64,000 bases of DNA from Thermoplasmata archaeon. GTDB lineage: Archaea > Thermoplasmatota > Thermoplasmata > Methanomassiliicoccales > Methanomethylophilaceae. The position numbers and the translations under genes are program-made. A model generated the notes under the pieces. The model was not told the origin of the DNA, made no database searches, and was given only the letters and a program-made list of their open reading frames with translations. Position 1 is the first letter of the stretch; every line of letters begins with the position of its first letter. Of this stretch, positions 39,355-49,429 are shown piece after piece. The stretch lies in contig SUST01000005.1 of NCBI GenBank assembly GCA_015063285.1, forward strand, positions 20,063 to 84,062, given 5' to 3'.

Positions 39355-39653
39355 TGGCTGAGATTTGCTCAGTATGTGGATTGCCTAAGGAGCTGTGCAT
39401 GTGCGAGGAGATCGCACGTGAGCAGCAGACTGTAAGGATCTCGGTCGACAGCCGCAGGTACGGAAAGATGGTCACAGTCATCGACGGGATCGATGAGAAT
39501 GACATCGACATCGCGGACCTGGCAAAACAGCTGAAGAACAAATGCGCCGCCGGCGGAACATACAAGGACGGACGCATCGAACTCCAGGGGGATCACAAGA
39601 AAAGGGTGAAAGCCGTCCTGGAGGAAATGGGATTCCGCACAGAGGTAAGATGA
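39354..39653 (+). CDS. Translation initiation factor aIF-1 (SUI1)
   Basis: [28 protein letters not shown]. Confidence 0.93.
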   Translation: MAEICSVCGLPKELCMCEEIAREQQTVRISVDSRRYGKMVTVIDGIDENDIDIADLAKQLKNKCAAGGTYKDGRIELQGDHKKRVKAVLEEMGFRTEVR

Positions 39654-39904
39654 GAGATAATATCTTCATGAGGACTGAATTCATCGGTCTGGACGTGGAA
39701 GTGCTGTCTACACCATACTCGGGAATAACCGGTAAGGTGGTCGACGAGACCAAAAACACGTTTACCATCGATTCGGCCGGAACTGAGAGAATGGTACCCA
39801 AGCCAGGCAATGAGTTCAGATTCACGTATGAAGGCAAAACAATCGACATCATCGGATCAAGGATAGTTTACCGACCAGAGGACAGAATCAAAAAGGTTAG
39901 GTGA
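39650..39904 (+). CDS. rnp1: Ribonuclease P protein subunit Rpp29/Pop4
   Basis: EFIGLDVEV...[10 protein letters not shown]...RPEDRIKK; ATG at 39650. Confidence 0.92.
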   Translation: MRDNIFMRTEFIGLDVEVLSTPYSGITGKVVDETKNTFTIDSAGTERMVPKPGNEFRFTYEGKTIDIIGSRIVYRPEDRIKKVR

Positions 39905-39909
39905 ATAAT

Positions 39910-40242
39910 ATGACAGCAAAAATCAAGGACATCGGAATCGACGTCGTCCCTCCAACTTCGGAGTGCAATGACCCCAACTGCCCCTTCCATGGGACACTTT
40001 CGGTCAGGGGACAGACGATCGACGGAGTAGTTGCCACGGTCAGGATGAACAAGACCGTAGTCGTAGAGCGCAACTACATGAGATACATGCACAAGTACGA
40101 GAGATACGAGAAGAAGTCCAGCAGGTACGTTGCACACGCAGCACCCTGCCTCGGACTGAAGGTCGGCGACAGGGTCACCATCGCGGAATGCAGGCCCCTG
40201 GCGAAGACAGTGTCTTTCGCAGTCATCGAGAAGAAGGAGTGA
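39910..40242 (+). CDS. rps17: 30S ribosomal protein S17
   Basis: CNDPNCPFHG, ECRPLAKT. Confidence 0.96.
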   Translation: MTAKIKDIGIDVVPPTSECNDPNCPFHGTLSVRGQTIDGVVATVRMNKTVVVERNYMRYMHKYERYEKKSSRYVAHAAPCLGLKVGDRVTIAECRPLAKTVSFAVIEKKE

Positions 40243-40247
40243 TTCAA

Positions 40248-40646
40248 ATGAAGGGAATTGCCGGAAACCAGACAAGAGGACTTCAGAACGGATCCCAGCT
40301 CGATGTCATCGACAACACGGGAGCAAAGGTAATCGAGATCATCACGGTCCCCGGTTACCACGGAACAGCAAGGAGGGTCCCCAGCGCAGGCGTCGGGGAT
40401 CTCGTAATCGCATCGGTTAAGAAGGGAACACCTGCCATGAGGAGACAGATCGTATTCGCGGTCATCGTCCGTCAGAGGCGCCCCATCAGGAGACCCGATG
40501 GAACCATGGTCTTCTTCGAGGACAACGCGGCCGTCATCACGACCGACACCGGAGAAGTCAAGGGAACAGACATCAAAGGCCCTGTAGCGAGAGAGGCAGC
40601 CGAGAGGTGGCCCCGTGTGTCCGCTACCGCGAGCACTATCATCTGA
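40248..40646 (+). CDS. rpl14: 50S ribosomal protein L14
   Basis: DNTGAK, FEDNAAV, KGPVAREAAERW. Confidence 0.97.
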   Translation: MKGIAGNQTRGLQNGSQLDVIDNTGAKVIEIITVPGYHGTARRVPSAGVGDLVIASVKKGTPAMRRQIVFAVIVRQRRPIRRPDGTMVFFEDNAAVITTDTGEVKGTDIKGPVAREAAERWPRVSATASTII

Positions 40647-40656
40647 GGTGTGAGAA

Positions 40657-41028
40657 ATGGTAAGCAGCAAAGCAAGGACACAGAGGAAAGCACAGGCCAA
40701 CGCGACCGCACACGTCAAGAGGAAGATGCTCTCCGCACACCTCAGCGACGACCTCCGTGAGAAATACGGAAGGCGCGCAGCAAGGGTTTGCAAGGGAGAC
40801 ACCGTCGTCGTCGTTCGCGGAAACGAGGATATCAGGAACATCGAGGGTAAGGTCGTCAACGTCTACACCAAGACCGGACGCGTCGCAATCGAAGGCGTCA
40901 CGATCAAGCAGGCAGACGGAACCGAGACCGAGCGCCCCATCCACGCATCCAACCTGGTGATCACAAAGCTGAACACCGAGGACGCATGGAGGATGGATTC
41001 ACTGTCTAAGAAGGAGGCTAAAGAATGA
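40657..41028 (+). CDS. rpl24: 50S ribosomal protein L24
   Basis: SAHLSDDLREKYG, GDTVVVVRG, PIHASNL. Confidence 0.96.
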   Translation: MVSSKARTQRKAQANATAHVKRKMLSAHLSDDLREKYGRRAARVCKGDTVVVVRGNEDIRNIEGKVVNVYTKTGRVAIEGVTIKQADGTETERPIHASNLVITKLNTEDAWRMDSLSKKEAKE

Positions 41029-41729
41029 GCGACCACATGAAGAGATTGGCAGCGCCCAGGTCATGGCCCCTGAAGAGGAAGGCAAGCGTCTTCATCACGA
41101 AGCAGAACGCAGGAGCACACTCCGTCGAGGACTCCATGGCAGCTGTCGTCGTACTCAGGGACATGATCGAAGCATGTGACACCGCCAGAGAAGCTAAGAG
41201 GATCATCGGAAACCGCGAGTTGTTCGTGAACGGCAAGGCCGTCAAGGACCCCAAGGCACCGATCGGATTCATGGACGCGGTTTCCATCCCCAAGATGGAC
41301 CTTTACTACCGCATGTTCATCACCAACAAGGGAAAGCTCACACTCGTCCCCATCTCCAAGGATGAGGCAGCGTGGGGTCTCTACAAGATCCAGGACAAGA
41401 CCGTCGTCAAGGACGGAAAATTCCAGCTTAACCTCAGCGGTGGAAGGAACATCGTATTGGATAAGAACGACTACAAGTGCAACGACACCCTGAAGGTGGA
41501 GTACGAGGGACAGAAGGTCCTCGAGTGCTACCCCTTCGCAGCTGGAAGCACCGTCCTGATCAAGGAAGGAGCACAGTCCGGTAAGATCAAGACCGTCAAA
41601 GAGGTCCAGATCATCCGCGGATCCGCACCCAACGTCGTTGTATTCTCCGACGACACCCAGACAATCCTGGACAACTGCTTCATCATCGGAGCAGACAAGC
41701 CCGCGATCACACTGGAGGCATCCGAATGA
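41025..41729 (+). CDS. rps4e: 30S ribosomal protein S4e
   Basis: HMKRLAAPRSW, PIGFMD. Confidence 0.95.
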   Translation: MSDHMKRLAAPRSWPLKRKASVFITKQNAGAHSVEDSMAAVVVLRDMIEACDTAREAKRIIGNRELFVNGKAVKDPKAPIGFMDAVSIPKMDLYYRMFITNKGKLTLVPISKDEAAWGLYKIQDKTVVKDGKFQLNLSGGRNIVLDKNDYKCNDTLKVEYEGQKVLECYPFAAGSTVLIKEGAQSGKIKTVKEVQIIRGSAPNVVVFSDDTQTILDNCFIIGADKPAITLEASE

Positions 41730-42235
41730 GCACAATGAGAGATCTCCACGTGGAGAAAGTTGTTGTGAACATCGGAGTCGGAGAGGCAGGAGAGAGGCTC
41801 GCAAAGGCAGAGAAGGTCCTCGAGATGGTGACCAAGCAGAAGCCCGTCGAGACACTCTCCAAGACCGTCAACAGGGACCTCGGAATCCGTGAGGGAATGC
41901 CTCTCGGATGCAAGGTCACCCTCAGGGGCGACGCAGCCGTTGACTTCGTCAAGCAGGCTCTCTCCATCAGAGAGATGCGTGTACCCGAGTACTCCTTCGA
42001 CAAGGAGGGCAACATGTCCTTCGGTATCTCCGATTACACTGACTTCGAGGGTATGAAATACGACCCCGAGATCGGAATCTTCGGAATGGATATCAGCGTC
42101 GTCCTCAGGAGACCCGGAAACAGGATCACCCAGAGGGCCCTCCTCAAGAGGAGGATCCCCAAGTCCCACCGCGTTGGACGCGATGAGGCGATCCAGTACA
42201 TGAAAGACAACTTCCAGATTGAGGTGGTCCAGTGA
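41726..42235 (+). CDS. rpl5: 50S ribosomal protein L5
   Basis: [28 protein letters not shown]. Confidence 0.97.
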   Translation: MSTMRDLHVEKVVVNIGVGEAGERLAKAEKVLEMVTKQKPVETLSKTVNRDLGIREGMPLGCKVTLRGDAAVDFVKQALSIREMRVPEYSFDKEGNMSFGISDYTDFEGMKYDPEIGIFGMDISVVLRRPGNRITQRALLKRRIPKSHRVGRDEAIQYMKDNFQIEVVQ

Positions 42236-42393
42236 AAGAGAACACACAGAAACCCAAGAAACAGTTCGGAAGATCCATTGGATGCACCCGCTGCGGACGC
42301 CGCAGAGGAATCATCAGGAGATACGGAATGCATCTGTGCCGCCAGTGCTTCAGGGACATGGCCCCAGAGCTTGGTTTCAAGAAGTATTCGTGA
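42232..42393 (+). CDS. rps14: 30S ribosomal protein S14 (type Z)
   Basis: Not in the track; GTG start, [36 protein letters not shown]. Confidence 0.95.
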   Translation: MKENTQKPKKQFGRSIGCTRCGRRRGIIRRYGMHLCRQCFRDMAPELGFKKYS

Positions 42394-42403
42394 GGTGTCA
42401 TAA

Positions 42404-42793
42404 ATGCAGAGCGATCCACTTAATGACGCAATGTGCGTAATAAAGAACGCATCCGTCAACGGAAAGTCTGACTGTACAATCGAGCCGTCCTCCAAGCTCA
42501 TCGGCCGTGTGCTGAAGGTTATGCAGGACGCAGGTTACATCAGTCAGTTCGAATACGTTGAGGATGGAAAGGCAGGCAAATTCCACGTCATGCTCGATGG
42601 AGCGATCAATGACTGTGGTGTAATCAAACCCAGGTACTCCGTCAAGGTCACCGATGTCGAGAAGGTCGAGGCAAGGTTCTTGCCCGCCCAGGACTTCGGA
42701 CTCCTGATCATGACGACCACCGCAGGTGTGATCACCCAGGAGCGCGCTAAAGAGCTCGGAATCGGCGGAAAACTGTTAGCCTATGTGTATTGA
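42404..42793 (+). CDS. rps8: 30S ribosomal protein S8
   Basis: DPLNDA, GGKLLAYVY. Confidence 0.97.
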   Translation: MQSDPLNDAMCVIKNASVNGKSDCTIEPSSKLIGRVLKVMQDAGYISQFEYVEDGKAGKFHVMLDGAINDCGVIKPRYSVKVTDVEKVEARFLPAQDFGLLIMTTTAGVITQERAKELGIGGKLLAYVY

Positions 42794-42802
42794 GGAATAT
42801 AG

Positions 42803-43354
42803 ATGACAATAGCAGGGAAAATCGAAAGCACCATCGCTATCCCCGGTGGGGTATCCGTCACATACGACGCAGGTACCATGAAGGTCAAAGGACCTAAGGG
42901 AGAATTAAGCAGAAACTTCGCGTACCCTAACATAAGTATTGCCGTCGGAGAGGGAGAAGTCAGCGTCAGCTGCGAGTATCCGAGAGTCAAGGACAAGGCC
43001 ATGGTTGGAACCTTTGTCGCTCACATCAAGAACATGATTGTGGGTGTCACAGAGGGATTCAAGTATGACCTCAAGATCGTTTTCTCTCACTTCCCGATGA
43101 AAGTTGCAGTGAAAGGCGACCGCGTTGAGATCAACAACTACATGGGAGGCCACGCACCCCGTTACGCAAACATCGTAAAGGGATGCACCGTCAAGATCTC
43201 CGGCCAGGATGTCACCGTAGAGGGAATCGACATCGAGGCCTGCGGTCAGACTGCAGCCAACATGGAGAAGGCAACACAGAGGAGAGGCTTCGATAAGAGG
43301 GTCTTCGAGGACGGTATCTACATCGTCGGCAAATCACACAAGGTGAGACAATGA
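42803..43354 (+). CDS. rpl6: 50S ribosomal protein L6
   Basis: VKGPKGEL, SHFPM, DKRVFEDGIY. Confidence 0.97.
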   Translation: MTIAGKIESTIAIPGGVSVTYDAGTMKVKGPKGELSRNFAYPNISIAVGEGEVSVSCEYPRVKDKAMVGTFVAHIKNMIVGVTEGFKYDLKIVFSHFPMKVAVKGDRVEINNYMGGHAPRYANIVKGCTVKISGQDVTVEGIDIEACGQTAANMEKATQRRGFDKRVFEDGIYIVGKSHKVRQ

Positions 43355-44061
43355 CCGTGAAAGATTTCAAGGATCTCCGTGGAATGACGGACGGCAACAT
43401 CGAGGAGCTCAAGACCATCGGAATCAACACCGTGGACGAGCTCAAGGCAGCGGTCAACGACGATGTGAAGGTCAAGGAGGTCATCAAGACCCTGTCCGGA
43501 GTCGGACCCAAGACCGTCGCAAACTGGAAGGCAGCATTCGATGGAGAGGCTCCCGCAAAGGCAGAGCCCGCCAAGAAGGAACCCGCCAAGAAGGAACCCG
43601 TCAAGGAAGAGGAGCCCGAGACAGCAGTCGTCGAGGCAACCGAGACCGAGTACGTGGTCAAGAAGAAGGCCGAGATCGATGACGAGACCGCAGATGCACT
43701 CGCAAAGAGGGCACTGATCTCCGGAAGGAGGCCCGCATTCAAGAGGCAGGAATGGTTCAGATACGCAAAGTTCAAGGACTCGACCTGGAGGAAGCCCAAG
43801 GGAATCCACTCCAAGATGAAGAGGAGGCTCAAGAGGCGCGGACCCATCGTGGACATCGGTTTCCGTGGACCCGCATCCGTCAGGGGACTTCACCCGACTG
43901 GATTCGAAGAGGTTCTCGTCTACAACGTAGACAACCTTGACAAGATCGATCCCAAGAAGCAGGCGATCCGTATCGGCGGAACCGTCGGAACGAAGAAGAG
44001 AATGGCAATCGAGGACAGGGCCGACGAGCTCGGAATCAGGATCCTCAACAGGATGGTGTGA
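43351..44061 (+). CDS. rpl32e: 50S ribosomal protein L32e with N-terminal HhH extension
   Basis: FKRQEW, WRKPKGIHSK, RGLHPTG; N-terminal LSGVGPKT HhH motif. Confidence 0.95.
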   Translation: MTVKDFKDLRGMTDGNIEELKTIGINTVDELKAAVNDDVKVKEVIKTLSGVGPKTVANWKAAFDGEAPAKAEPAKKEPAKKEPVKEEEPETAVVEATETEYVVKKKAEIDDETADALAKRALISGRRPAFKRQEWFRYAKFKDSTWRKPKGIHSKMKRRLKRRGPIVDIGFRGPASVRGLHPTGFEEVLVYNVDNLDKIDPKKQAIRIGGTVGTKKRMAIEDRADELGIRILNRMV

Positions 44062-44063
44062 GC

Positions 44064-44522
44064 ATGTCCGATCTGAAGAACCAGAGAAGAATGGCCGCAG
44101 AAATCCTGAAGTGCGGTGAGAACAGGGTCTGGATGAACCCGGACAAACTCGAGGAGATCGAGGACTGCATCACCCGCGCAGACGTCCGCACAGCTATCGC
44201 ATCCGGTCTGATCAAGGCCAAGCCCAAGAATGGAACATCCAAGGGAAGGATAAGATACGTGCAGGGACAGAAGGCCAGCGGAAAGAGGAAGGGACCCGGA
44301 TCCAGGAAGGGAACGGCGAACGCCCGTGTCCGCGACAAGGAGCGCTGGATGGCGACCATCAGGCCCATCCGTGACGAGCTGAAGACCCTCAGGGCTGACG
44401 GCAAGATCACACCCTCCGTGTACAGGCTCTACTACAGGAAGGCCAAGGGAGGAATGTTCAAGTCCCGCAGGCACCTTAAGCAGCACATGATTGCTGCTGG
44501 ACACCTCAAGGAGGAGATCTGA
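44064..44522 (+). CDS. rpl19e: 50S ribosomal protein L19e
   Basis: QRRMAAEILKCG, GPGSRKG. Confidence 0.97.
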   Translation: MSDLKNQRRMAAEILKCGENRVWMNPDKLEEIEDCITRADVRTAIASGLIKAKPKNGTSKGRIRYVQGQKASGKRKGPGSRKGTANARVRDKERWMATIRPIRDELKTLRADGKITPSVYRLYYRKAKGGMFKSRRHLKQHMIAAGHLKEEI

Positions 44523-45022
44523 TGGCAACAGGACCTAGATACAAAGTTGCGTTCCGCAGAAGAAGGGAACTCCGTACCGACTACTACACCCGTAAGAAGC
44601 TCCTCACAGCGAGAGAGACCAGGGCCGTCGTAAGGAGGTCCAACAAGAACATCACCATCCAGTTCGCGGATTTCGCGATGGAGGGTGACAAGATCATCGC
44701 TTCCGCATCCACAAAGGAGCTGAAGGCAATGGGATGGGAGTACTCCTGTTCATCCATTCCTGCAGCATACCTCGTCGGATACCTCGCAGGTAAGAGAGCG
44801 GTGAAAGAAGGCATCGAGTACGCAGTGCTCGACATAGGCATGCAGCACGTCCAGCACGGCGGAGTCCTCTTCGCCACAGTTGCCGGAATGACCGATGCCG
44901 GACTCGAAGTACCCCACAGCGACGACGTTCTCCCCGAGGAGGACAGGCTGAAGGGAAAGCACATTGATGACGGAATCGAGGCTGCAATCGACAGCATCAA
45001 ACAGAAGATGGAGGCTGATTAA
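44522..45022 (+). CDS. rpl18: 50S ribosomal protein L18
   Basis: RRRRELRTDY, PAAYLVG, AVLDIG. Confidence 0.96.
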   Translation: MATGPRYKVAFRRRRELRTDYYTRKKLLTARETRAVVRRSNKNITIQFADFAMEGDKIIASASTKELKAMGWEYSCSSIPAAYLVGYLAGKRAVKEGIEYAVLDIGMQHVQHGGVLFATVAGMTDAGLEVPHSDDVLPEEDRLKGKHIDDGIEAAIDSIKQKMEAD

Positions 45023-45023
45023 A

Positions 45024-45704
45024 ATGACTGACTGGGTTCCTAAAACAAGACTCGGACAGATGGTTCTCAACGGCGAGATCACCACAATGAGCGACGCCCT
45101 GGCGACCAAACTGCCTCTCCGTGAGCCCGAGATCGTGGACATTCTGCTCCCCGACCTGCAGGACGAAGTCATCGACCTGAACATGGTTCAGAGGATGACC
45201 GACTCCGGTAGGAGGGTCAGGTTCGCCGTTACCTGTATCGTCGGTAACGGTGACGGTTTCATCGGCTACGGAAGGGCCAAGGGAAAAGAGGTCGGACCTT
45301 CCATCAAGAAGGCTATCGACAATGCTAAGCTGAACATAATCGAGATCAAGAGGGGCTGCGGTTCCTGGCAGTGCGGTTGCGGAAACCCCCACAGCCTGCC
45401 TTTCGAGGTCACTGGATCCACCGGATCCGTCACCGTGACCCTGAAGCCCGCACCCCGCGGAGTGTCTCTCGCAGTAGGAGACGTCGCGAAGAGTCTGCTG
45501 ACCCTCGCCGGTGTCCACGATGCATGGGGATTCGCCAGAGGCAACACGAAGACAAAGGTCAACTACGCGATGGCGACCTTTGAGGCTCTCAAGATGACAT
45601 CCCGCATGAGGGTCACCGACGAGCAGGCGAAGTCGCTGAACATCGTTTCCGGACCTACTGGAATCAAGTTCGCCGAGACCGATATCGACGCAGAGGAGGA
45701 ATGA
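45024..45704 (+). CDS. rps5: 30S ribosomal protein S5
   Basis: WVPKTRLG, QRMTDSGRR, GCGSWQC, PAPRG. Confidence 0.97.
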   Translation: MTDWVPKTRLGQMVLNGEITTMSDALATKLPLREPEIVDILLPDLQDEVIDLNMVQRMTDSGRRVRFAVTCIVGNGDGFIGYGRAKGKEVGPSIKKAIDNAKLNIIEIKRGCGSWQCGCGNPHSLPFEVTGSTGSVTVTLKPAPRGVSLAVGDVAKSLLTLAGVHDAWGFARGNTKTKVNYAMATFEALKMTSRMRVTDEQAKSLNIVSGPTGIKFAETDIDAEEE

Positions 45705-46171
45705 AGATGACATACTGTGTTATCCGTGTCCGCGGTCAGCCCGATGTCAACTACAACATCGAGTACACCATGGGCCTCCTCGGCCTGAACAAGGTCAACA
45801 ACTGTGCCGTCATCCCCGAGAACCCCTCCACAAAGGGAATGCTGCAGGTAATCAAGGATTACTGCACATGGGGAGAGATCGACGAGTCCACACTCGCCGC
45901 ACTTATCCGTGCACGCGGAAAGGTCGTAGGCGACGAAGCCATCACCGACGAGTACCTCAAAGAGCACTCCGAGTTCGCTTCAGTCTACGAGTTCGCCAAG
46001 GCGATCATTGAGAACAACTACAAGATGAGGGATGTTGAGGGCGTCAAGCCCATCTTCCGTCTCCACCCTCCCGTCAAGGGATACGAGGGCAACAAGCGCT
46101 CGTTCAAGAACGGTGGAGCCCTTGGATACAGGGGAGAGAAGATCAACGAGCTCGTCAACAGGATGATCTGA
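45701..46171 (+). CDS. rpl30: 50S ribosomal protein L30
   Basis: VIRVRG, FRLHPP, GALGYRG. Confidence 0.96.
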   Translation: MKMTYCVIRVRGQPDVNYNIEYTMGLLGLNKVNNCAVIPENPSTKGMLQVIKDYCTWGEIDESTLAALIRARGKVVGDEAITDEYLKEHSEFASVYEFAKAIIENNYKMRDVEGVKPIFRLHPPVKGYEGNKRSFKNGGALGYRGEKINELVNRMI

Positions 46172-46181
46172 GGTGTGAGAA

Positions 46182-46604
46182 ATGCCAAGCAGAACCAAGA
46201 AATTCAGGGGATACAGGACACACGGACGTGGAAAGAAGTCCGGACGTGGAGCAGGTATCATCGGTGGACACGGTATGGCCGGATACGGCAAGACCGGGAA
46301 GATCGGTATGCTGAAGGAGGACAGGAACTACTTCGGGCGCCACGGTTTCAAGAGACCTCAGTGCACTGTCGAGGCGAACCGCACGATCAACGTCGGCGAA
46401 CTGTCGGAGAAGATCGAGACCTTCGTCAGCATGGGATTCGCTTCCAAGGAGGGAGACGCCTACAAGCTCGACCTCACGGAAGCCGGCATCGATAAGCTGC
46501 TCGGAAACGGAAACATCGATTTCGCAGTCAATGTGACCGTAGATTCCGTATCCGAGAAGGCCCGCGAGAAGATCGAGGCAGCAGGCGGATCGATCGCTGA
46601 GTGA
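46182..46604 (+). CDS. rpl15: 50S ribosomal protein L15
   Basis: RGYRTHG, FGRHGF, KIEAAGG. Confidence 0.96.
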   Translation: MPSRTKKFRGYRTHGRGKKSGRGAGIIGGHGMAGYGKTGKIGMLKEDRNYFGRHGFKRPQCTVEANRTINVGELSEKIETFVSMGFASKEGDAYKLDLTEAGIDKLLGNGNIDFAVNVTVDSVSEKAREKIEAAGGSIAE

Positions 46605-46627
46605 GGATATCGGGAAGGTAGAAAGAG

Positions 46628-48154
46628 ATGGAAGAGACACAAAGTCTGCTCTATAAGATAAAACCGATTTCGGACAGGCTGCCCTCCGTCAAGAGGCCTG
46701 AAGGCCACGTGCACTTCAGGACGAAGATGATGTGGGTAGTGGTGATACTGGTCATCTACTTCGTAATGACCAACGTTTACCTATACGGGCTGGACCGCGA
46801 GTCCATGCTCGACATGTTCGCACAGTACAGGACTATCATGGCAGGAGCTTCCGGATCGCTACTGCAGCTCGGTATCGGACCGATCGTCACAGCTTCGATC
46901 ATCATGCAGCTGTTCGTCGGTGCAAAAATCATCAAACTGGACCTCACGAAGCGCGATGACAAGGCTTGTTATCAGTCTGTCCTCAAGCTGCTGGTAATCG
47001 TGATGATCATCTTCGAGGCCATCCCGCAGGTCGCGGGATACCTCTCCCCCTCTGACGGACTCACGTCCGCCATTGGAGGACTCGGAGGAAGGCTCATCCT
47101 GATTCTCCAGCTGTTCGTGGGTTCGTATATCATCTTCATGATGGATGAGGTGGTGTCCAAGTGGGGTATCGGAAGCGGTATTTCGCTGTTCATCGCCGCA
47201 GGAGTCGCACAGCAGTTGTTCACAGGTACATTCAACTGGGAGACTGTCTCCATGGGAACAATGGATGTTCCCGCAGGAACCATCCCCAGAGCGTTGTATT
47301 ATGCGTTCACGCTGTCCCCGGACGAGATGTCCTCATGGGGTTACGAGAGCCTCTTCTTGGGTGCTCCGAACCCGGTCATCGCGTTGGTAGGAACATTGCT
47401 GATCTTCTTCGTGGTCGCGTATCTCGAGTCCACACGTATCGAGTTGCCGTTATCGCACGGTAACGCGAGAGGTGCCCGCGGACGCTATCCGATCAAGCTG
47501 CTCTACGCAAGCAACATTCCCGTCATTCTGATGTCGGCATTGCTCGCTATCGTGAGCATGGTTGCATTGCTGCTCTATAGCAACAGCTTCCTCAGCGGAA
47601 TCCCGTTCCTAGGACACAACGGAGCGATCGGTTACTTCGAGGATGGTTCGACCACTGCCGCGGCAGGATTGGCATGGTATCTGTCAGCACCGACAGGTCT
47701 GTCAAGTTGGCTGATGCCTATTGTTGATCCTTCGACTTATGGAGACGGTATACACGGACCGTTGCAGCACATAGCCCACGTTCTGGTGTACTTCACCGTG
47801 ATGGTCATGGGTTCAATCCTGTTCGCTAAGTTCTGGGTGGAGACGACAAACCTCGGTCCCGAGGCAGTCGCGAAGCAGATCCAGAAGAGCGGTATGCAGA
47901 TGCCCGGATTCCGTCGCGACCCGCGTGTACTGAAGCGTGTGCTCGAGAGGTATATCCCGACCATCACGATAATGTCCGGAGCAATAGTCGGGGCCCTTGC
48001 AGCCTTCGCCGATATGATCGGAACTACAGGAAATGCAAGCGGAACCGGAGTGCTTCTGACTGTCGGTATCATCATCCACTTCTACGAGGCCATGGGCCGC
48101 GAGCAGATGATGGAGATGAACCCCATGATGAGGGGATTCTTCGGCGGAGAGTGA
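46628..48154 (+). CDS. secY: Preprotein translocase subunit SecY
   Basis: LGIGPIVTASII, GIGSGISLFI, YASNIP, GTGVLLTV. Confidence 0.97.
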   Translation: MEETQSLLYKIKPISDRLPSVKRPEGHVHFRTKMMWVVVILVIYFVMTNVYLYGLDRESMLDMFAQYRTIMAGASGSLLQLGIGPIVTASIIMQLFVGAKIIKLDLTKRDDKACYQSVLKLLVIVMIIFEAIPQVAGYLSPSDGLTSAIGGLGGRLILILQLFVGSYIIFMMDEVVSKWGIGSGISLFIAAGVAQQLFTGTFNWETVSMGTMDVPAGTIPRALYYAFTLSPDEMSSWGYESLFLGAPNPVIALVGTLLIFFVVAYLESTRIELPLSHGNARGARGRYPIKLLYASNIPVILMSALLAIVSMVALLLYSNSFLSGIPFLGHNGAIGYFEDGSTTAAAGLAWYLSAPTGLSSWLMPIVDPSTYGDGIHGPLQHIAHVLVYFTVMVMGSILFAKFWVETTNLGPEAVAKQIQKSGMQMPGFRRDPRVLKRVLERYIPTITIMSGAIVGALAAFADMIGTTGNASGTGVLLTVGIIIHFYEAMGREQMMEMNPMMRGFFGGE

Positions 48155-48158
48155 TTGA

Positions 48159-48899
48159 ATGGCTAACCCAGGCAGTCCCGGAAACGTACAGCCACCTGCG
48201 ATGAACAACTCATCAATGTCGAGGATGCTCATCACAATGCTGGTAGTCATGGCAGTGTCCATGATCACCGTGCAGTTCAGGATGGAAATCGGGGGCGCAC
48301 TGGATTATGTGTTCAGGATTCTGGCGTTCACAGACAGCACGGGTACTCCCCAGTACCCGATGATCTCTATCATGCTTGTCTGTACGATCGCCATCCTGAT
48401 CACCACCGTCATAAGGAGCCTCATGCAGGACCCTCTTGAGATGGCTAGGAACCAGCAGGTCCAGAGCGATTTCAACAGGGAACTCCGTCAGGCCAGGATA
48501 GAGAACAATCTCTTCAAGATGAAGAAGCTCGAAGAGATGCAGCCTCAGATGATGGAAGCATCGATGAAGCAGAGCACCGACATGATGAAGGTGCTCCCTG
48601 TCACCATGGTGATCTTCATCCCGATTATCGCTTGGGCATGGTACTTCGTCAACACCGGAACGGTCGACGACCCCGGTGCGTACTTCAGTCCCACGAACAG
48701 GCCGATCATTGAGCTCCCTTGGTGCGGGAACGTTGACCTCACGGGTTCAGTGTTCCTCGGTATGCCTCTTTGGCTGATCCTCTACATGATGGTAACATTG
48801 CCTATCGGACAGGTCGAGAACAGACTGATCAGACTCTATCTCCTCAAGAAGGAGCTTAAGAGGATGGATGCAGAAGTTCACAGAGCTGAGATCGAATGA
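48159..48899 (+). CDS. DUF106 / EMC3-YidC-like membrane insertase family
   Basis: TM segments flanking a coiled-coil (ELRQARIENN...QPQMM); canonical location after secY. Confidence 0.8.
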   Translation: MANPGSPGNVQPPAMNNSSMSRMLITMLVVMAVSMITVQFRMEIGGALDYVFRILAFTDSTGTPQYPMISIMLVCTIAILITTVIRSLMQDPLEMARNQQVQSDFNRELRQARIENNLFKMKKLEEMQPQMMEASMKQSTDMMKVLPVTMVIFIPIIAWAWYFVNTGTVDDPGAYFSPTNRPIIELPWCGNVDLTGSVFLGMPLWLILYMMVTLPIGQVENRLIRLYLLKKELKRMDAEVHRAEIE

Positions 48900-49429
48900 T
48901 AATAACCATAAGCGGTCCTCCCGGATCCGGGAAGACGACCGCCTGCAGCAAACTGTCGGAAAGACTCGGACTCGAAGCAGTTGTCTTCGGAAAGATCTTC
49001 CGCCAGCTTGCTGCAGAAAAAAACCTTTCTTTGGGTGAGCTCGGCGATTTGGCCGAGAAGGACCCTTCTATTGACAGTATGATAGACGGAAGGATTCTGG
49101 AGATTGCCAGGAACAACCCGGACATCATACTAGAATCAAGATTATCCGCATACATGTGTGTGCGCAACGGGATTCCCGCTTTCAAAGTGTACATCGATGC
49201 CAGCCCCGAGGTCCGTATGAGCCGGATCGGGGTGCGCGAGGGCGAAACGGTCGAAGAGGCCTGCGCCAAGACATTGGACAGGCAGAGGTCCGAGGCGAAG
49301 CGCTATAAGATGTACTATGACATCGATATCGAGGACAGGAGCGTCTACGACCTGATCATCAACACGGACGACTTGGATCCGGACCAGGTTGTGGAAATGA
49401 TCATCGAAGGCGTGAAGGGATTGAATTGA
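48896..49429 (+). CDS. cmk: Cytidylate kinase (archaeal type)
   Basis: ISGPPGSGKTT, ESRL, RYKMYYDID. Confidence 0.92.
   Translation: MIITISGPPGSGKTTACSKLSERLGLEAVVFGKIFRQLAAEKNLSLGELGDLAEKDPSIDSMIDGRILEIARNNPDIILESRLSAYMCVRNGIPAFKVYIDASPEVRMSRIGVREGETVEEACAKTLDRQRSEAKRYKMYYDIDIEDRSVYDLIINTDDLDPDQVVEMIIEGVKGLN

Noticed and set aside
34737-48268. Numerous long minus-strand ORFs over the ribosomal cluster
   Set aside because: Antisense shadows of highly biased coding sequence; no recognisable motifs.
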